64,000 bases of DNA from Phoronis australis (lineage: Eukaryota; Animalia; Phoronida): positions 155,718 through 219,717 of the forward strand of contig NMRA01000661.1 of the NCBI GenBank assembly GCA_002633005.1, written 5' to 3'. Shown in pieces: positions 48,601 through 59,400 of the stretch. Below the pieces are notes generated by a model that was not told the DNA's origin, made no database searches, and saw nothing but the letters and a program-made list of their open reading frames with translations. The translations under genes and the position numbers were made by a program. The first letter of the stretch is position 1, and every line of letters starts with the position of its first letter.

Positions 48601-51600
48601 GAATAGTGTATGCAAGGCTGTGTACCATTGACAAGAGAATACTTTCTTCATTGACTAATAAAGTTTTTTATTAGGTCTAGACCTTAACTTATCCCTAATG
48701 CTCATCGGGATTTTCTCAGTGCAAGAACACATAGAAGTTAAATGTCTGGTTTTTGTTTGAGCAACAACAGAGGACTACCTATGGCGAACTTACCCTGAGC
48801 ATGTACTAAATAGGTAGTGCTGACCATAACCTGGCCATAACCTAAAGACTATACATTTACCCTGTTTTATATTGGTAATGGGATATTAAGATATGACTGT
48901 AACCAGGAATGAGAAAGTCAATCACCCATGATTGAGGAAAGTTTTAAGGCACTTTCATATTGACTTAAACCTCTGGTCTGAGCAGAGGGTCGACGTAACC
49001 AGCACTGAGTTAACTGGACCATTCATACTGGCTTCGGTAGTTAATAAACATCGAAGTAAACGCTAGGTGATGCTGTCATCATCGAAGTTATCGCAAGGTA
49101 GCCCTGCACGCTAAGATTTTTTTTCACTGTGACAATTTGGGAACATTCACTTGTGCGAATTGACATTAAACTTTTTTTTAATAGATTGGTTATTATTAAA
49201 GCAAAACACAATGTAAGCAGCTATTAGTGACGGCACTACCCTGAAATTGTTGACGATAACAGTGGCACCTGACGATAACTTCTATTGGACGGAAGTTAAC
49301 TGTTCATACTGCACCCCAGTGTTGACACTGCTCTGTTAAATCCACCTGTTAACTTTGATGTTAACTGAAGCTGTTAACTTCAATCCAGTTAAGTGTTCAT
49401 ATTGACCACAACTCCCCATATCATCAACACATAGACATTAGCATGAAAGGCCCTTTAACAGTGAGATTACCAAACCTTGCCTGTGGTCAGACAACCTTTT
49501 GTGAATAATTTCCAAGCTGATGGAGCATTTTTGGGCACCACTAAGGTAGCCAACTAGCCAACACAATAGTTAGTCTAGTTGACTGGGGTAAGTTTACAAG
49601 TAAGGAAATGAATATTATCATAAAAATTGACAGTATTTTATTGGAATAATGCCAAGTAGCTACACACATGTTACCCAGTGCAGTCAACTAGCCACCCTTA
49701 TTTGCTTAAACTACCAGCATGTGACTATAGACTCATCCTGTCTCATGTAAATGTAATTGCTTTCATGCCTGGGAAAAATATCCTGAGGGTGATACAGGGT
49801 CATAACTTCTTCAAATGCTGGTCAGTTTTGACCATTAAAAACCATTGCTGATTAGTGGTCCTCTGTCAGTACAGACTTAACTGGGGTCTGAGTGGAGGGT
49901 CCATGTAAACTGCGAGGTTAACTGAAACATTCACACTGGCTTTGGAACTTGTAGTTAACGGACATCAAATTCAACAGTAGGTGATGCTGTTGACAGTGCA
50001 AAAGTGACTTCTGCTAGATCACACACGGATTCGGTGGGCACAAATTCAAGAACCACCTATAGTGGTACGTTAATTCAAAGAAAGAAAAATAAATGCTTCT
50101 GTCCATCCTCCCATTCTTTGATTAATACGACAGTTTAGTTCACTAAATTATTTTAGCTAGTAAAAATGAAATGGGATCGAAATTCTCTTGTTGTGTCAGG
50201 CACAGTCACTGGATTTGGCACCAATTTTTCTTCCATTTTTAATAAGGCATTAGCACACCCCACCGCCCAGCACCCCAGAGGAAACTGGCCCGCATGTTTA
50301 TAGTGCACTTGGATCTGTTTAGGAAAAATAGTTAGGTAGTTCAAATATAGGTCCAGAAATTAGGGAGACCGGGCTTTAAGATGATACCAAAATGTTAATA
50401 GTGCCCAATTCTAATTTTTTGTACCTTTTCCCAGAATTGCCCTAAAGAAGCCACTACGTAGTGGCACAGGTTTAGGAGAATGATACTGCAGTGGACGCCA
50501 GACACCCAGACCGGGATATGGCCAATATGCATCCTACATACGCTTATGTGGGCGAATAAAAATGGTCAGGGAGTTTCTAGTAGCCAGTTTGAGGACACAT
50601 TTTACAGTATTGAAGTCACTGCTGGTGTGATATTGCTAGATGCTTCAGTCAAAAGGCTCTTAGATCAGATTTTCTAATAATGGCATGGGCTGGTGCTGGT
50701 AGTTCTTATACATGTCTTATGACAAAGTACAAAGTACCATCATTTCGATATGCTTTGTTTCCAATGCACATCAATCCATCCATCACAAAGCTGATGGACA
50801 ATTTTCGAGTTTGGGGAATTGCTAAAACCATTTTTGGACGCATCTTGATTTAGATGTTTGGCACACAATCACAGATGTGTGGGGATCTAAACACCCATGC
50901 AATATATTTATTGACTGAATGTTCCATGATTCCTAGTTCCAAATTTGATTTGAAAATGAAAAATTGAAACACTGCTCAATATTTCAATTTTCATGAATCA
51001 TTTTTAATAGAATCATGAAATATTGACAGTAAAAGTTCTACTATTCAATTTCAAATTGAATTTTCAAAATCAATTCATGTATAAGTTCAAAGCGAAAATT
51101 GAACTGGAAACCTACAAACAGACCTTAATTTAAGTTTTTAGATGTTGCAAGCAGTATGGAACTAGGTGTCACAAATGCTCTAATAGTGCTACGTATCATT
51201 TGCTTAAACATTCAAATTACTTGTGTATGTAAAACAGGGTTGGACTTCCACACAGCGAAAGTGTCAAGTGCCATGTACATCACACTCAAATTGCACGTCA
51301 AATATCAACTTGCACATGTCAAAATTGATATTGCGTAAACACATTTTTCTCCAAAATTAATAAGGCAAGTAAACTGCACTGAAATCAAGCCCTTCGAAAG
51401 AACTTAATCACTCCGACTTTTTACATTTCACTTGTCTCTCTGCCTTCTGTATTTTTCAACCTAGCGGTCATCACATGAACTACTAGTAAAACATTCACTG
51501 GGCTCATTGGCTGGCTGGCATACATGTTGTCATTAGGTCAAAAACTTTAAGGGTAGAAGATGGCAGACAATTTGATTCATAACATTGTTAGACAAAGGTG

Positions 51601-54160
51601 AAAGGAAGCAAAATATAACCAGTAAGACTGTTTGGGATTTTCTAAACGTGTCAAGGGTGTTTGTTTTGGTTAGTACTAACATACAAGAACAAGAATTTTC
51701 CTCCCATTCTTTTGGTTTCTAGTTCACCAAGTGGTGAAAGCCTTGTGATAGACTTTCAGTTCTGTTTAAGAGCTGAGTATTGTCAAGTATAATAGTGTAG
51801 TTATTTTCTAAGTGGTCTTTTAAAGAACACAACTTGTAAACCCTCGGAGAACCTAAACATCAGACACTATGTTTTCGCATACGCTACACCACAGTAAACT
51901 GAGTAACCATGTAATGGGCATGGGCACCTTGTTGCCGAATTGCAGCTTATGTATTTTGATATGTTTGCTGTCTCACTGCAGCTTAAGTATCTCATTGCCT
52001 TCTTAATATGACACACACATGTGCGGCCAGGGTTTGACTTAATTTTAGGATTGCCAGTTTATTTAGATGTTTAAGTGTGGAGAAAGATTTCAGTTTCAAT
52101 TTTTATAACCGTTTTATGCAATTGTCCATTTTGGCTCTACTCAAGGGTCTTAATTGTACCCTGTCGGTGGCAACTCTATAAAAAAACAGACGGTGCCAGA
52201 CATTGAATGCATTACAATGGAACAGAAATTGTTGTCATTTGTTTCTCAGATTATGCTTTGCAAGTAAGATTTTACAAAAATGTCTGTTATTTAGGTCCAT
52301 CCGATATCTAGGTACACAATGTGTAAAATGTTGATATTACATTGATGTGGTGAAAAATCAACAAAACACACCATCACACGTTACTGGGTAATGCACGCTG
52401 AACTTACTATGAATTGCAATTTTAAATTACTACCACTACTGGGCAGATGACATACTTGTTGGAAATTAAACCAAAATTTATTCACTCAAAGATTTGATGT
52501 TTTATTTTTTGCTTGTCATTTTTTATCTATTGGTGAACTCGTGAACTTAAAGCATTCACTTGTTTCATTGGTTGGCATTTGGGTCACTATTAGTTATGAC
52601 ATCATCAGGTCAAAATCTGAGAGTACCAGATGGCAGACGATTTGATTCGTCGTGGTTAGTGAAAGGTGAAATGAGGCGAAATATAACCAGTATGGTTTCC
52701 TTTGAGACATATCCCTTGAGGGAATTTGATTTGGTTAGTATTAGCACACTCAACAAGATTTTCTCCCATCCTTCTGAGTTTTGTTCGTTTCACAAATTTG
52801 TGAAAAAGTTTACGATGGCCCTTCAGCTCTTTGAACTGAGTATTCTACTGCTGGCTAGGTACATAGGTGAACAAACACAGAGGTTACCTCTAATGAACTA
52901 GTGAAATTTTCTGCTTTGGCGTCATCTCTGGAGTTATTTGTCAAAGTGTAACCAGGGTATTTATCCTGGCTGTATTCCTATGAACTTAAGGAATATGGTA
53001 CTGTTATTAACTGTTAATAACAGTACCATTATGCCAAAAGGCAATAAAAAGGGTTGGTTTACCGACTAGCCTTGACACTAGGCCCACTACTACACAATCT
53101 TGTAAACTTTTTTCAAATACATTTTCTCATGCAGGTAGTGTTTAGTTATAATGTGAGTAAATTGTAAGGACATGCAACAATATTTATGTGGGGATTGAAA
53201 ATAAGGTAACCCACAGGCGTCCTCAGCTTCTAATGGTCCCCAATACACTATATAGAATACTACAAGGTATGACACTCTGGACAAGAAATTCACTTCGGCC
53301 GTCCATATCAAACACAAAACTCAATAAAATTGCACAAAACAGGGTTTCAAAAAACCATTAATAACTGTTCTTTCTTCTAATACCATTCACGCCGCGCCAT
53401 GGGAGTGTCCTGCTCTAGCGAGATCGCAACAAATTCGCGGTCAAAGCACAAAAATGTTCCCAAAAAGCCAACGCATCAGTCCTCCTTTGACCGTTTGAGG
53501 TCAAGGACAGTACGAAATTATCCGTTGCGACTTGAGTTACGGATGGACGGCAAGTGCCGGTTCATAACGGAAGGTTATGAAATGGTGTGTAGTTATCGAT
53601 GTTGTGACACTCCATGACAAATCGGCAATTGCCATAACCGTCCTTGACCTTGAACCGTCAATGGAGGACTGACGTGTCAGCTTTTTGGGAACATTTTTGT
53701 GATTTGACCACGAATTTGTTGCGATCTCGCTGGAGCAGCACACCGTGAATGGAACAATTACTTAATGGTTAGTTGAATCCCTGTTTTGTGTGCATTTATT
53801 GAAATTTGTGTTTGATATGGACGGCTGAAGTGAAGCACCCGTGAAACTCCTTGTCCCGAGTGTCATACCTTGTAGTAATAAATGTACTGGGGCCGATCAG
53901 AAGCTGAGGACGCCTGTGAGGTAACCTGGTGTACTCTCTGTTTGTTACGCAACTGAGTGAGACGATTCAGCGTCACAGCGTTTCCAACCTGATCACTTAT
54001 TTTAAATGGAAGACGTCATAAACACAAACTTAACACGTGACGATATGCTATTGAACAATATTATTACGAATTGCGAAAAATTACCTTTAAAGTTAGTTGT
54101 GCTTGATGATAAGGCGAATGATGTCAACACTGTCGTCAGCAGAATAACACCTCTCGCCAT
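13692..54160 (-). CDS. PLXDC: Plexin domain-containing protein (PLXDC1/2, TEM7 family); spliced gene, about 498 aa
   Basis: join(complement): 54085-54160, 38513-38772, 37872-37997, 36255-36447, 35979-36044, 35371-35435, [33191-33287 or 32103-32199], 30299-30394, 29488-29639, 28279-28348, 17982-18044, 15384-15511, 13692-13796 = 1497 nt. All introns GT-AG and phase-consistent. Signature FYGH..[21 protein letters not shown], PSI domain, TM helix. Confidence 0.92.
15384..15511 (-). CDS. PLXDC: PLXDC exon 12 (transmembrane)
   Basis: AGVVTGVIFGVIVLLMLIVAFIGWIVYAYRNPESRSGQWLIR. Confidence 0.92.
16270..16690. repeat. Imperfect minisatellite, ~56-bp unit, about 7.5 copies
   Basis: Recurring AACAAGTACAAAACTGAGGGTGTGCAAA..ATACCATTT..CGACC at about 16328, 16382, 16438, 16497, 16553, 16609 and 16665. 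Confidence 0.85.
17982..18044 (-). CDS. PLXDC: PLXDC exon 11 (juxtamembrane)
   Basis: 63 nt, phase 1-1, NSPNGQRVKGDVPLSGNNNK; CAG| acceptor and AAG|GTAATG donor. Confidence 0.7.
18481..18921 (-). CDS. PLXDC: Candidate PLXDC alternative Ser/Thr-rich stalk exon
   Basis: 441 nt, stop-free, phase 1-1, TTATTTAG| acceptor and |GTAACT donor, mucin-like composition. Confidence 0.5.
19570..20630. repeat. Degenerate interspersed repeat built of AAAATGGCCACTA..CCAAATTTCAT subunits
   Basis: The motif recurs several times here and in related blocks at about 31180-31560, 37650-37760 and 42690-43600. Confidence 0.45.
22050..24642. repeat. ~1.28-kb direct duplication across an N gap (probable assembly/haplotype artefact)
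   Basis: 22050-23332 is repeated at 23360-24642 with only a few substitutions; the copies are separated exactly by Ns. Confidence 0.85.
26686..26770 (+). mobile_element. Degenerate tRNA-derived SINE head
   Basis: A box TGGCTCAGTGG at 26697, similar to the copy at 34347; B box decayed. Confidence 0.4.
28279..28348 (-). CDS. PLXDC: PLXDC exon 10
   Basis: ASKQDCSYVPPTKSPQKDRPKSS; strong polypyrimidine TAG| acceptor, CAG|GTAATT donor, phase 0-1. Confidence 0.82.
28631..28985. mobile_element. Foldback/MITE-like ~350-bp palindrome
   Basis: CATCCTTCGTCAACAGAAACAGAAATAAAGTAAAATCAAACACTATATGACA is mirrored by TGTCATATAGTGTTTGATTTTACTTTATTTCTGTTTCTGTTGACGAAGGATG; loop near 28795-28818. Confidence 0.8.
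29488..29639 (-). CDS. PLXDC: PLXDC exon 9 (PSI domain)
   Basis: CNVLANCGLCLSQQFTHDKFKCGWCASLGQCSDGMDRGRQKWINSGCPMQ. Confidence 0.93.
30299..30394 (-). CDS. PLXDC: PLXDC exon 8
   Basis: ITRRTIYEYHKVVINTTLIRTGSAVIIEPLP; |GTAAGT donor. Confidence 0.9.
32103..32199 (-). CDS. PLXDC: PLXDC exon 7b (mutually exclusive alternative)
   Basis: 97 nt, phase 0-1, LPISIPDISSRRHSVKVGLSDAYYRDSIIPFF; TAG| acceptor and |GTAAGA donor. Confidence 0.85.
33191..33287 (-). CDS. PLXDC: PLXDC exon 7a (mutually exclusive alternative)
   Basis: 97 nt, phase 0-1, IPVPLNSISTSSHPVRVGTSDAYYLDRYDPVR. Confidence 0.88.
34171..34271 (-). mobile_element. tRNA-derived SINE, 5'-truncated copy
   Basis: B box GGTTCGAGTC on the minus strand; body homologous to 34400-34494 in inverted orientation. 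Confidence 0.6.
34347..34494 (+). mobile_element. tRNA-derived SINE
   Basis: Pol III A box TGGCTCAGTGG (34355) and B box GTTTCGAGTCC (34400), followed by a non-tRNA body shared with the neighbouring copy. Confidence 0.65.
34826..34866. repeat. (TCAA)n microsatellite
   Basis: Imperfect ATCA/TCAA run. Confidence 0.8.
35371..35435 (-). CDS. PLXDC: PLXDC exon 6
   Basis: GKFSFQVQLYQYGKIVFVYKE; |GTAAGC donor. Confidence 0.9.
35979..36044 (-). CDS. PLXDC: PLXDC exon 5
   Basis: KENPKNLIVQWENVQLNDQPN; phase 1-1. Confidence 0.88.
36255..36447 (-). CDS. PLXDC: PLXDC exon 4
   Basis: [52 protein letters not shown]; TAG| acceptor and |GTGAGT donor. Confidence 0.95.
37872..37997 (-). CDS. PLXDC: PLXDC exon 3
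   Basis: DQHIYYNSKVQSDGMDLWRKLDPSKERIITHKILSNSHKTAV; CAG| acceptor and |GTAAGG donor. Confidence 0.9.
38513..38772 (-). CDS. PLXDC: PLXDC exon 2 (RHKR site, Thr/Pro-rich linker)
   Basis: TTTTTCAG|AT acceptor. AEPFQY..HPRHKRELG..PYPVVE joins DQHIYY in phase 0. Confidence 0.8.
39557..39615. repeat. (CAA)n microsatellite
   Basis: About 19 CAA units; source of the poly-Leu ORF 39492-39797. Confidence 0.95.
40271..42253 (+). mobile_element. Non-autonomous ISL2EU/PIF-Harbinger-related DNA transposon, copy 1
   Basis: 14-bp TIR AGCGGAGTTGCAAC..GTTGCAACTCCGCT flanked by AT on both sides. Disrupted THAP domain at about 40384-40610. Second copy at 44791. Confidence 0.82.
40384..40610 (+). pseudogene. 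THAP zinc-finger remnant of a transposase
   Basis: TCCVPG/CNNTS*RDKKFSNYLFPKDQELR*TWVRDISR..HKVCSAHFESGKKTYLGNCPTI: C2CH, FP, W and PTI hallmarks with frameshifts and stops. Confidence 0.8.
44791..46758 (+). mobile_element. Non-autonomous ISL2EU/PIF-Harbinger-related DNA transposon, copy 2
   Basis: Same TIRs and AT flanks; collinear with copy 1 over about 2 kb with scattered substitutions and indels. Confidence 0.82.
44904..45130 (+). pseudogene. THAP zinc-finger remnant of a transposase
   Basis: TCCVPG/CYNTS*RNKKFSYYLFPKDQELR*TWVRDIGR..HKVCSAHFEGGKKTYLRNCPTI. Confidence 0.8.
51530..52845. repeat. Diverged ~250-bp direct repeat pair
   Basis: 51530-51780 aligns with 52602-52845 (shared AGATGGCAGAC.ATTTGATTC, AAATATAACCAGTA, TTTGGTTAGTA, CTGAGTATT). 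Confidence 0.65.
53204..53927. mobile_element. Old foldback/MITE with ~300-bp imperfect inverted arms
   Basis: CACAGGCGTCCTCAGCTTCT..TACTACAAGGTATGACACTC..GCGAGATCGCAACAAATTCG is mirrored at 53640-53927. Confidence 0.78.
54085..54160 (-). CDS. PLXDC: PLXDC exon 1 (signal peptide)
   Basis: MARGVILLTTVLTSFALSSSTTNFK, donor AAG|GTAATT, phase 1 matching exon 2. Confidence 0.75.
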
Positions 54161-54300
54161 CTTGACATACCTGTGTTCTCGCAATATCTCGCATTTGCCG
54201 AGCGTTAATTGTTCCAAATTTGGAAGTTGTTGACTATTTTAAGCGCACTGATTGGCTATCTTACAGGCTACGTAACCGTTTGGGAAATTTGACAGAAATG
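54161..54300. promoter_or_regulatory. Compact bidirectional promoter between PLXDC and the TROAP-like gene
   Basis: PLXDC ATG at 54160 (-) and a TG|GTAAGA donor at 54337 (+). NF-Y box CTGATTGGCT at 54248-54257; MYB-like TAACCGTT at 54273-54280. Confidence 0.55.
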
Positions 54301-56414
54301 GCTTGGACGTGAAATATCGACAACTTGTGCATTTTTGGTAAGAAATTGTTGTTTCTTGAGACTGCGTGCAACGATCTGGAAATCAAGAAGTATTTGATTG
54401 TCGTGAATGTCATACTTAAGCCAGATTAAAGTCTTAATTGCCGAAAACTTTTCAGTTTACGCAGTAGGCTACATGAGTGTCGTGACGGACCGCTGGCATT
54501 GGCTCGAGTTGAATTGCTAGAGCACTCTGTGAGTCTGTCTCTGGAGTTTTGGATTTTGAGTCTGGAATAGGGTCGGAATCATCACGAGGAAAACGTATTC
54601 TGCTGTTAAATTTTTGGAGCAATCATGTGTTTCAATTTTGAGAGCCATGAAAAAGACCCAGTTTGCTGGCAAATTTCAAATTTCTCCATTTCATTTAGGC
54701 AATGACCATCGCCTCTGTTGGCAACAGAGGCGATGGTCATTGCCTACATTTCATTTAGCCCCTATCTGTTCACAAGTCCGTTGCCAAAATAGCCGGCTGG
54801 ACAGGGTCAACGATTTTCTTCACTTGGACCTTGGCATTATTTTTACTTTCATCTTGCTGCCTCACGCATGATTTGAAAATCTTCATTCTGTGCTGATCCA
54901 CTGTACCCTAGTAGGCCTAGTACCCTTCAACTATTTTTGACATGTGGTACCTAAAATCGCTATGGCTGGGCATGGTGTGGAGAGAAGCATTGCAGTTGTT
55001 GGTTGTAGACGATGTTTCCATATTGTGTGTACCTTTAAAGTGTGGTTTGACTTCTTTGGATGCATTTGCAGACTTTGAATCCTTCCAACTGGGTCAAATC
55101 CAATGATAAGCATTCCTTTGAGTAGAGTCCTTCTTTCCACCAACGAAATTGAAGACTGAACTCCATCGCAATCAATATGCTCAATGCCAAACGTAAGCAT
55201 ACAAAGAGTTATGGGGAAGTCACTTGAGTGCCAGCTGCCAGATGGGGGAACTGTCCAACAGCGGACCTGTCTAGATCTGGCACTGGTAGTATATAGGTCC
55301 CTGATTTTGAGAACCACTTTCATCCACTGAATAACAAGCCCATTACTCAGTGATAGCCTGGTTCTCAAAATCATGAATGTATCCGGCCAGTGCTCTAGTT
55401 CTATACTGGTTACAGGTTATATTATTTACTTAATACACTGCTTTGGTGGTGGAGCCATATGCAGTCAAACAAGCAGGGTCTACTTTTGTGGCCTAGTAGT
55501 TGGAGTTTCGAACCGTCAGTTGCAAGCAGTTGCTGTCATGTGACAGACAAATAGTATTGTTTTAGTGTTCACAAACTCAGGTTCTTGGCAAAAAACGGAA
55601 ATTGTTCAATGGTAAAAGTGCTAAAAGTCAACACGTATTGTGTGAGTCCTGGATGCCAGCAGATGTCAAATACAAAATAATCACCAATCATCCATGTTTC
55701 CTGCCATTTTTAAAGAGAATTGTACATTTTAAGATATTGCTGTCATTAATCAAAAATTAATATCACATCCCCACCCAACCGTAATCTTGGATGAGGCAGA
55801 TGAGTGTATTTTGTTTTTCAAAAAAATGTGTAATTTGCATCAATTGTAATTGTTTAAATCAGTTTCAAAAGAGCCACATCATTGATACTTAAGTTTGAAT
55901 TATTCTGGATTGATCTTAGCCGTGAACAACAAATTCTACACACTAGAAATTTAGGCTTTATGTCCATCAAAATATATCATATCCTTCACACTCACTCAAC
56001 TTACATGGACTCATCTGAAAAAATTTTTTAGACGATCAAACATTCCACTAAATCATTCATCCAAACCAAAAACTGTATGTAACCTGTTACTTTTTGCAGA
56101 AAATTAAAATTAAAAAAGAATTCAAGTTCTCTGCGTCCGTCCATCACAACTCATCGTTGTATGAGGTTCACTATGAGCATGTGGTATATCATAACCCACT
56201 CACTTTAGTGTGGGCAATTGTTTGAAAAATGACCATCTCGAAATAACTTGGAAAAATTACAGTGAGTGTCTATTAACGCGTAAGGTGCGTTGTTCTTGCT
56301 TGAAACTGCTGAACACCTGAAATATAGATTAGTGTTTATTCTGATTGCAGTATGCCTACTAATAACTTGGTAGTACTTCAATTTAGGTAGTTGTTGGTAA
56401 TGCAATGAAGAGAC

Positions 56415-56458
56415 ATGCCAGTGACAAGGTCAGGATTAAAGACTACAGAGAAATCAAG
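56415..56458 (+). CDS. TROAP-like first coding exon
   Basis: Exon starts at 56387 after TTTAG|. MPVTRSGLKTTEKS, AG|GTATTT donor, phase 2 matching the next exon. Confidence 0.6.
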
Positions 56459-59400
56459 GTATTTATAATGAAAATGTCTTTGGAAGTTGCATAACTTTTG
56501 ATCTTAAATGTGTGTAAAATTAAGTAAGTATTTGTTGTTAATTGTCAGTTTTTTACGGGGTCTTCTATTGTGCTCACCTGTCCGTGAACATTGATGCACC
56601 ACTGGACTCAATGACCATGAGTTGTCAAATCGATTTTTTGTTCGTTTATCAGGTAATTTGAATTTTGAACTGTCTTAATCTGTGGTCTTGCTTTTGAACT
56701 CTAAGTTGTTCACTTTAACACCATTGAGTGATGATGTCAAGCCTTCAAAAAGAACTGGGTTTTGTCTGGTAAACTCCAGTATGTATCTGTACAGTAAATT
56801 TGTTTCCAATTGGTGCACTTGTTCAAATTTACGCCCAAAAACTCTTGAGCTTGCAAATTCTGGTATCNAGCTCGTTATGTCGAGCCCTGTTTATAATGAA
56901 AATGTCTTTGGAAGTTGCATAACTTTTGATCTTAAATGTGTGTAAAATTAAGTAAGTATTTGTTGTTAATTGTCAGTTTTTTTACGGGGTCTTCTATTGT
57001 GCTCACCTGTCCGTGAACTTTGATGCACCACTGGACTCAATGACCATGAGTTGTCAAATCGATTTTTTGTTCGTTTATCAGGTAATTTGAATTTTGAACT
57101 GTCTTAATCTGTGGTCTTGCTTTTGAACTCTAAGTTGTTCACTTTAACACCATTGAGTGATGATGTCAAGCCTTCAAAAAGAACTGGGTTTTGTCTGGTA
57201 AACTCCAGTATGTATCTGTACAGCAAATTTGTTTCCAATTGGTGCACTTGTTCAAATTTACGCCCAAAAACTCTTGAGCTTGCAAATTCTGGTATCATGG
57301 GATGGTTGCTCAGCTAAGCATGGGTCTTAAACAGCATATTTTTAGAAGTTGTGGATAAGCTTTAACCTTGCATGCGGTTCCGAAACAGTACCTTCCTGCC
57401 ATTTTACATACAAGATAATTAGAGAGTCAAAAACACCATTTTGTGTCTCCTTTCAGTAAAGATTGTGTATTTTCTGCCTGAATATGGCAACGTGCTGCTG
57501 AAATTGACAGTTAGTGGCACTAGACTATTGTACATGTACTGCCAATTCCATATACTTTCAATGGACATAATCTGTGGTCTTACACACAAGCTATTACGTC
57601 ATTGTTCACTAGCAACATCTGGCCAAATTATCTGGTGTTATTTCTGGCAAGTATGTTGTCTGCTAATCATGGTCGGATGTTGAGTGGTTGGGTGGTAGTA
57701 GCATTGCTAAAAGTACACGCGATACCAACAGTTCTACTAGTGGAAGACTTTTCAGTGACCAAATTATTATTCTTTTTTGTTGTACTGGACAGTAAAATAG
57801 ATGCGAGAATTTGCCTTCACAATGCACTTGTCCCTGTTCTGTTACAGGTTTGCTGTAACTGTAAAGGGGAAGATTCACAATGATGTCAACGGTGAAAATG
57901 TGCCGCCCAGGTCTGTGAATAATGTTCTCATTCATGAACTGAAACACAAAAACGGGTTCTTACAAACCTGTTTGAAATAGTCAAAAGCCAGGACCTTTCA
58001 TACCCATATTAACAGGTCCATCATTTGCAGAGTGTTGGTCGTGTTAACACATCAAACAGTGATGCTTGCTAACACTGTACCTCTCCTCTGTAATAAGCTG
58101 CCAAAAAAGACAAATGAATTTTTCAGCACTACTGCTAAAATAACCGATCTCATAATATTGCTCATCGTGATAGGCCTATATTTTTATTACTGCTAAGAAC
58201 ATCAAAACCATCATTGACTGGAGAAAATGTTTCCGAGTTCATCTGGTTTTTTAATCCTAAAATTTGATTAAAAATTCAACATTGATAGCTAAATGACGCG
58301 TAAATCCCCCTTTCAAGTACAAATTTCACAAGTCTTGATAGATAGCTGTTTAAACTGCTCCAAGTCTGTTCCCATCGGTGTCATGGCTGAGGTTTGAGCG
58401 TGCGGTTGTTACCAAATTCTTGCACCCTCTGTACTCTTCATTTATGCTCAACATGTGCTTTTATACTTAGCAGCAAGATTCCAACAGCGACCAAGAAGAA
58501 GAAACCACTGAACAAAGCCAGGCCTGTGCCTGACTTCAAGAGACTTCACAAGTCATGGAATAATAAGTTTGAAAGTGGCAAGGCATGCATTAAGAAGCCA
58601 CTGACGCAGGTAAGCCTGGGCAACGCATATAGTGGGTGGCAGAAATAAACATGTGACACAGTTGTCAAAAACGCTTGGTAATTTTTGTTCAATCTAATGT
58701 CGCTTCTTTTTCCACGTGATTATTTTTAGTTCGGTACTGGAGAGGTATGATACATGTCAGAGTGCAGATACGGTCTTTAGGTTGTGAAGTAGTCAGATGT
58801 CTGCCTTTCTACTTTATCGGGTGTACAAAATTAAGGTGTGAAATAGACGATATTCGCTTTTCTACTTTATTTTAACTAAGTTGCGAAATAATCGATGTCT
58901 GCCTTTTAACATTATCTGGTGTACAAAATCTACCCAAAAACAACATAAAATATATCATTGCATCAATTTTGCTTCCCATGCCCCTATGAAAACAATATTT
59001 AAACATCACGCAAAATTCCCCCTCATTAGGTCCAAAAATTCTTTAACAATTAAAAAAGTCTGTTAAAATCTCTGATTTTTAAAACGTTTGAGGGTGGAAT
59101 TGGAGGTGCCCAGGTGGAAGGATTTTACTCAGCTAAAAAGTTCCCACTCAGAAGGCACAGAGACCTTCATTCTCAGGTAAGTGTGTGCCCTGACCTGTTT
59201 GATTTCATTCCATTAAACTTGACTCGATCCAATTTATTGCTTTATCTCTCTAGTTACCTTTACATCTATCTTCGTTCTAGTGTGAGGAGTTTGATCTGAC
59301 TAAGTCGTCACAGAAGATCAAGCAAGTGCGGTCGAGGACAGAGAATGAAAGTCCTGTCATCACACAACCAGACTTTGGTGACGATGATCTGGAGGTCGCT

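Noticed and set aside
54931-55374. 147-aa minus-strand ORF in TROAP-like intron 1
   Set aside because: No recognisable domain or splice support.
56462-57296. 405-bp tandem duplication in a TROAP-like intron
   Set aside because: Joined by a single N and nearly identical; likely a scaffolding artefact.
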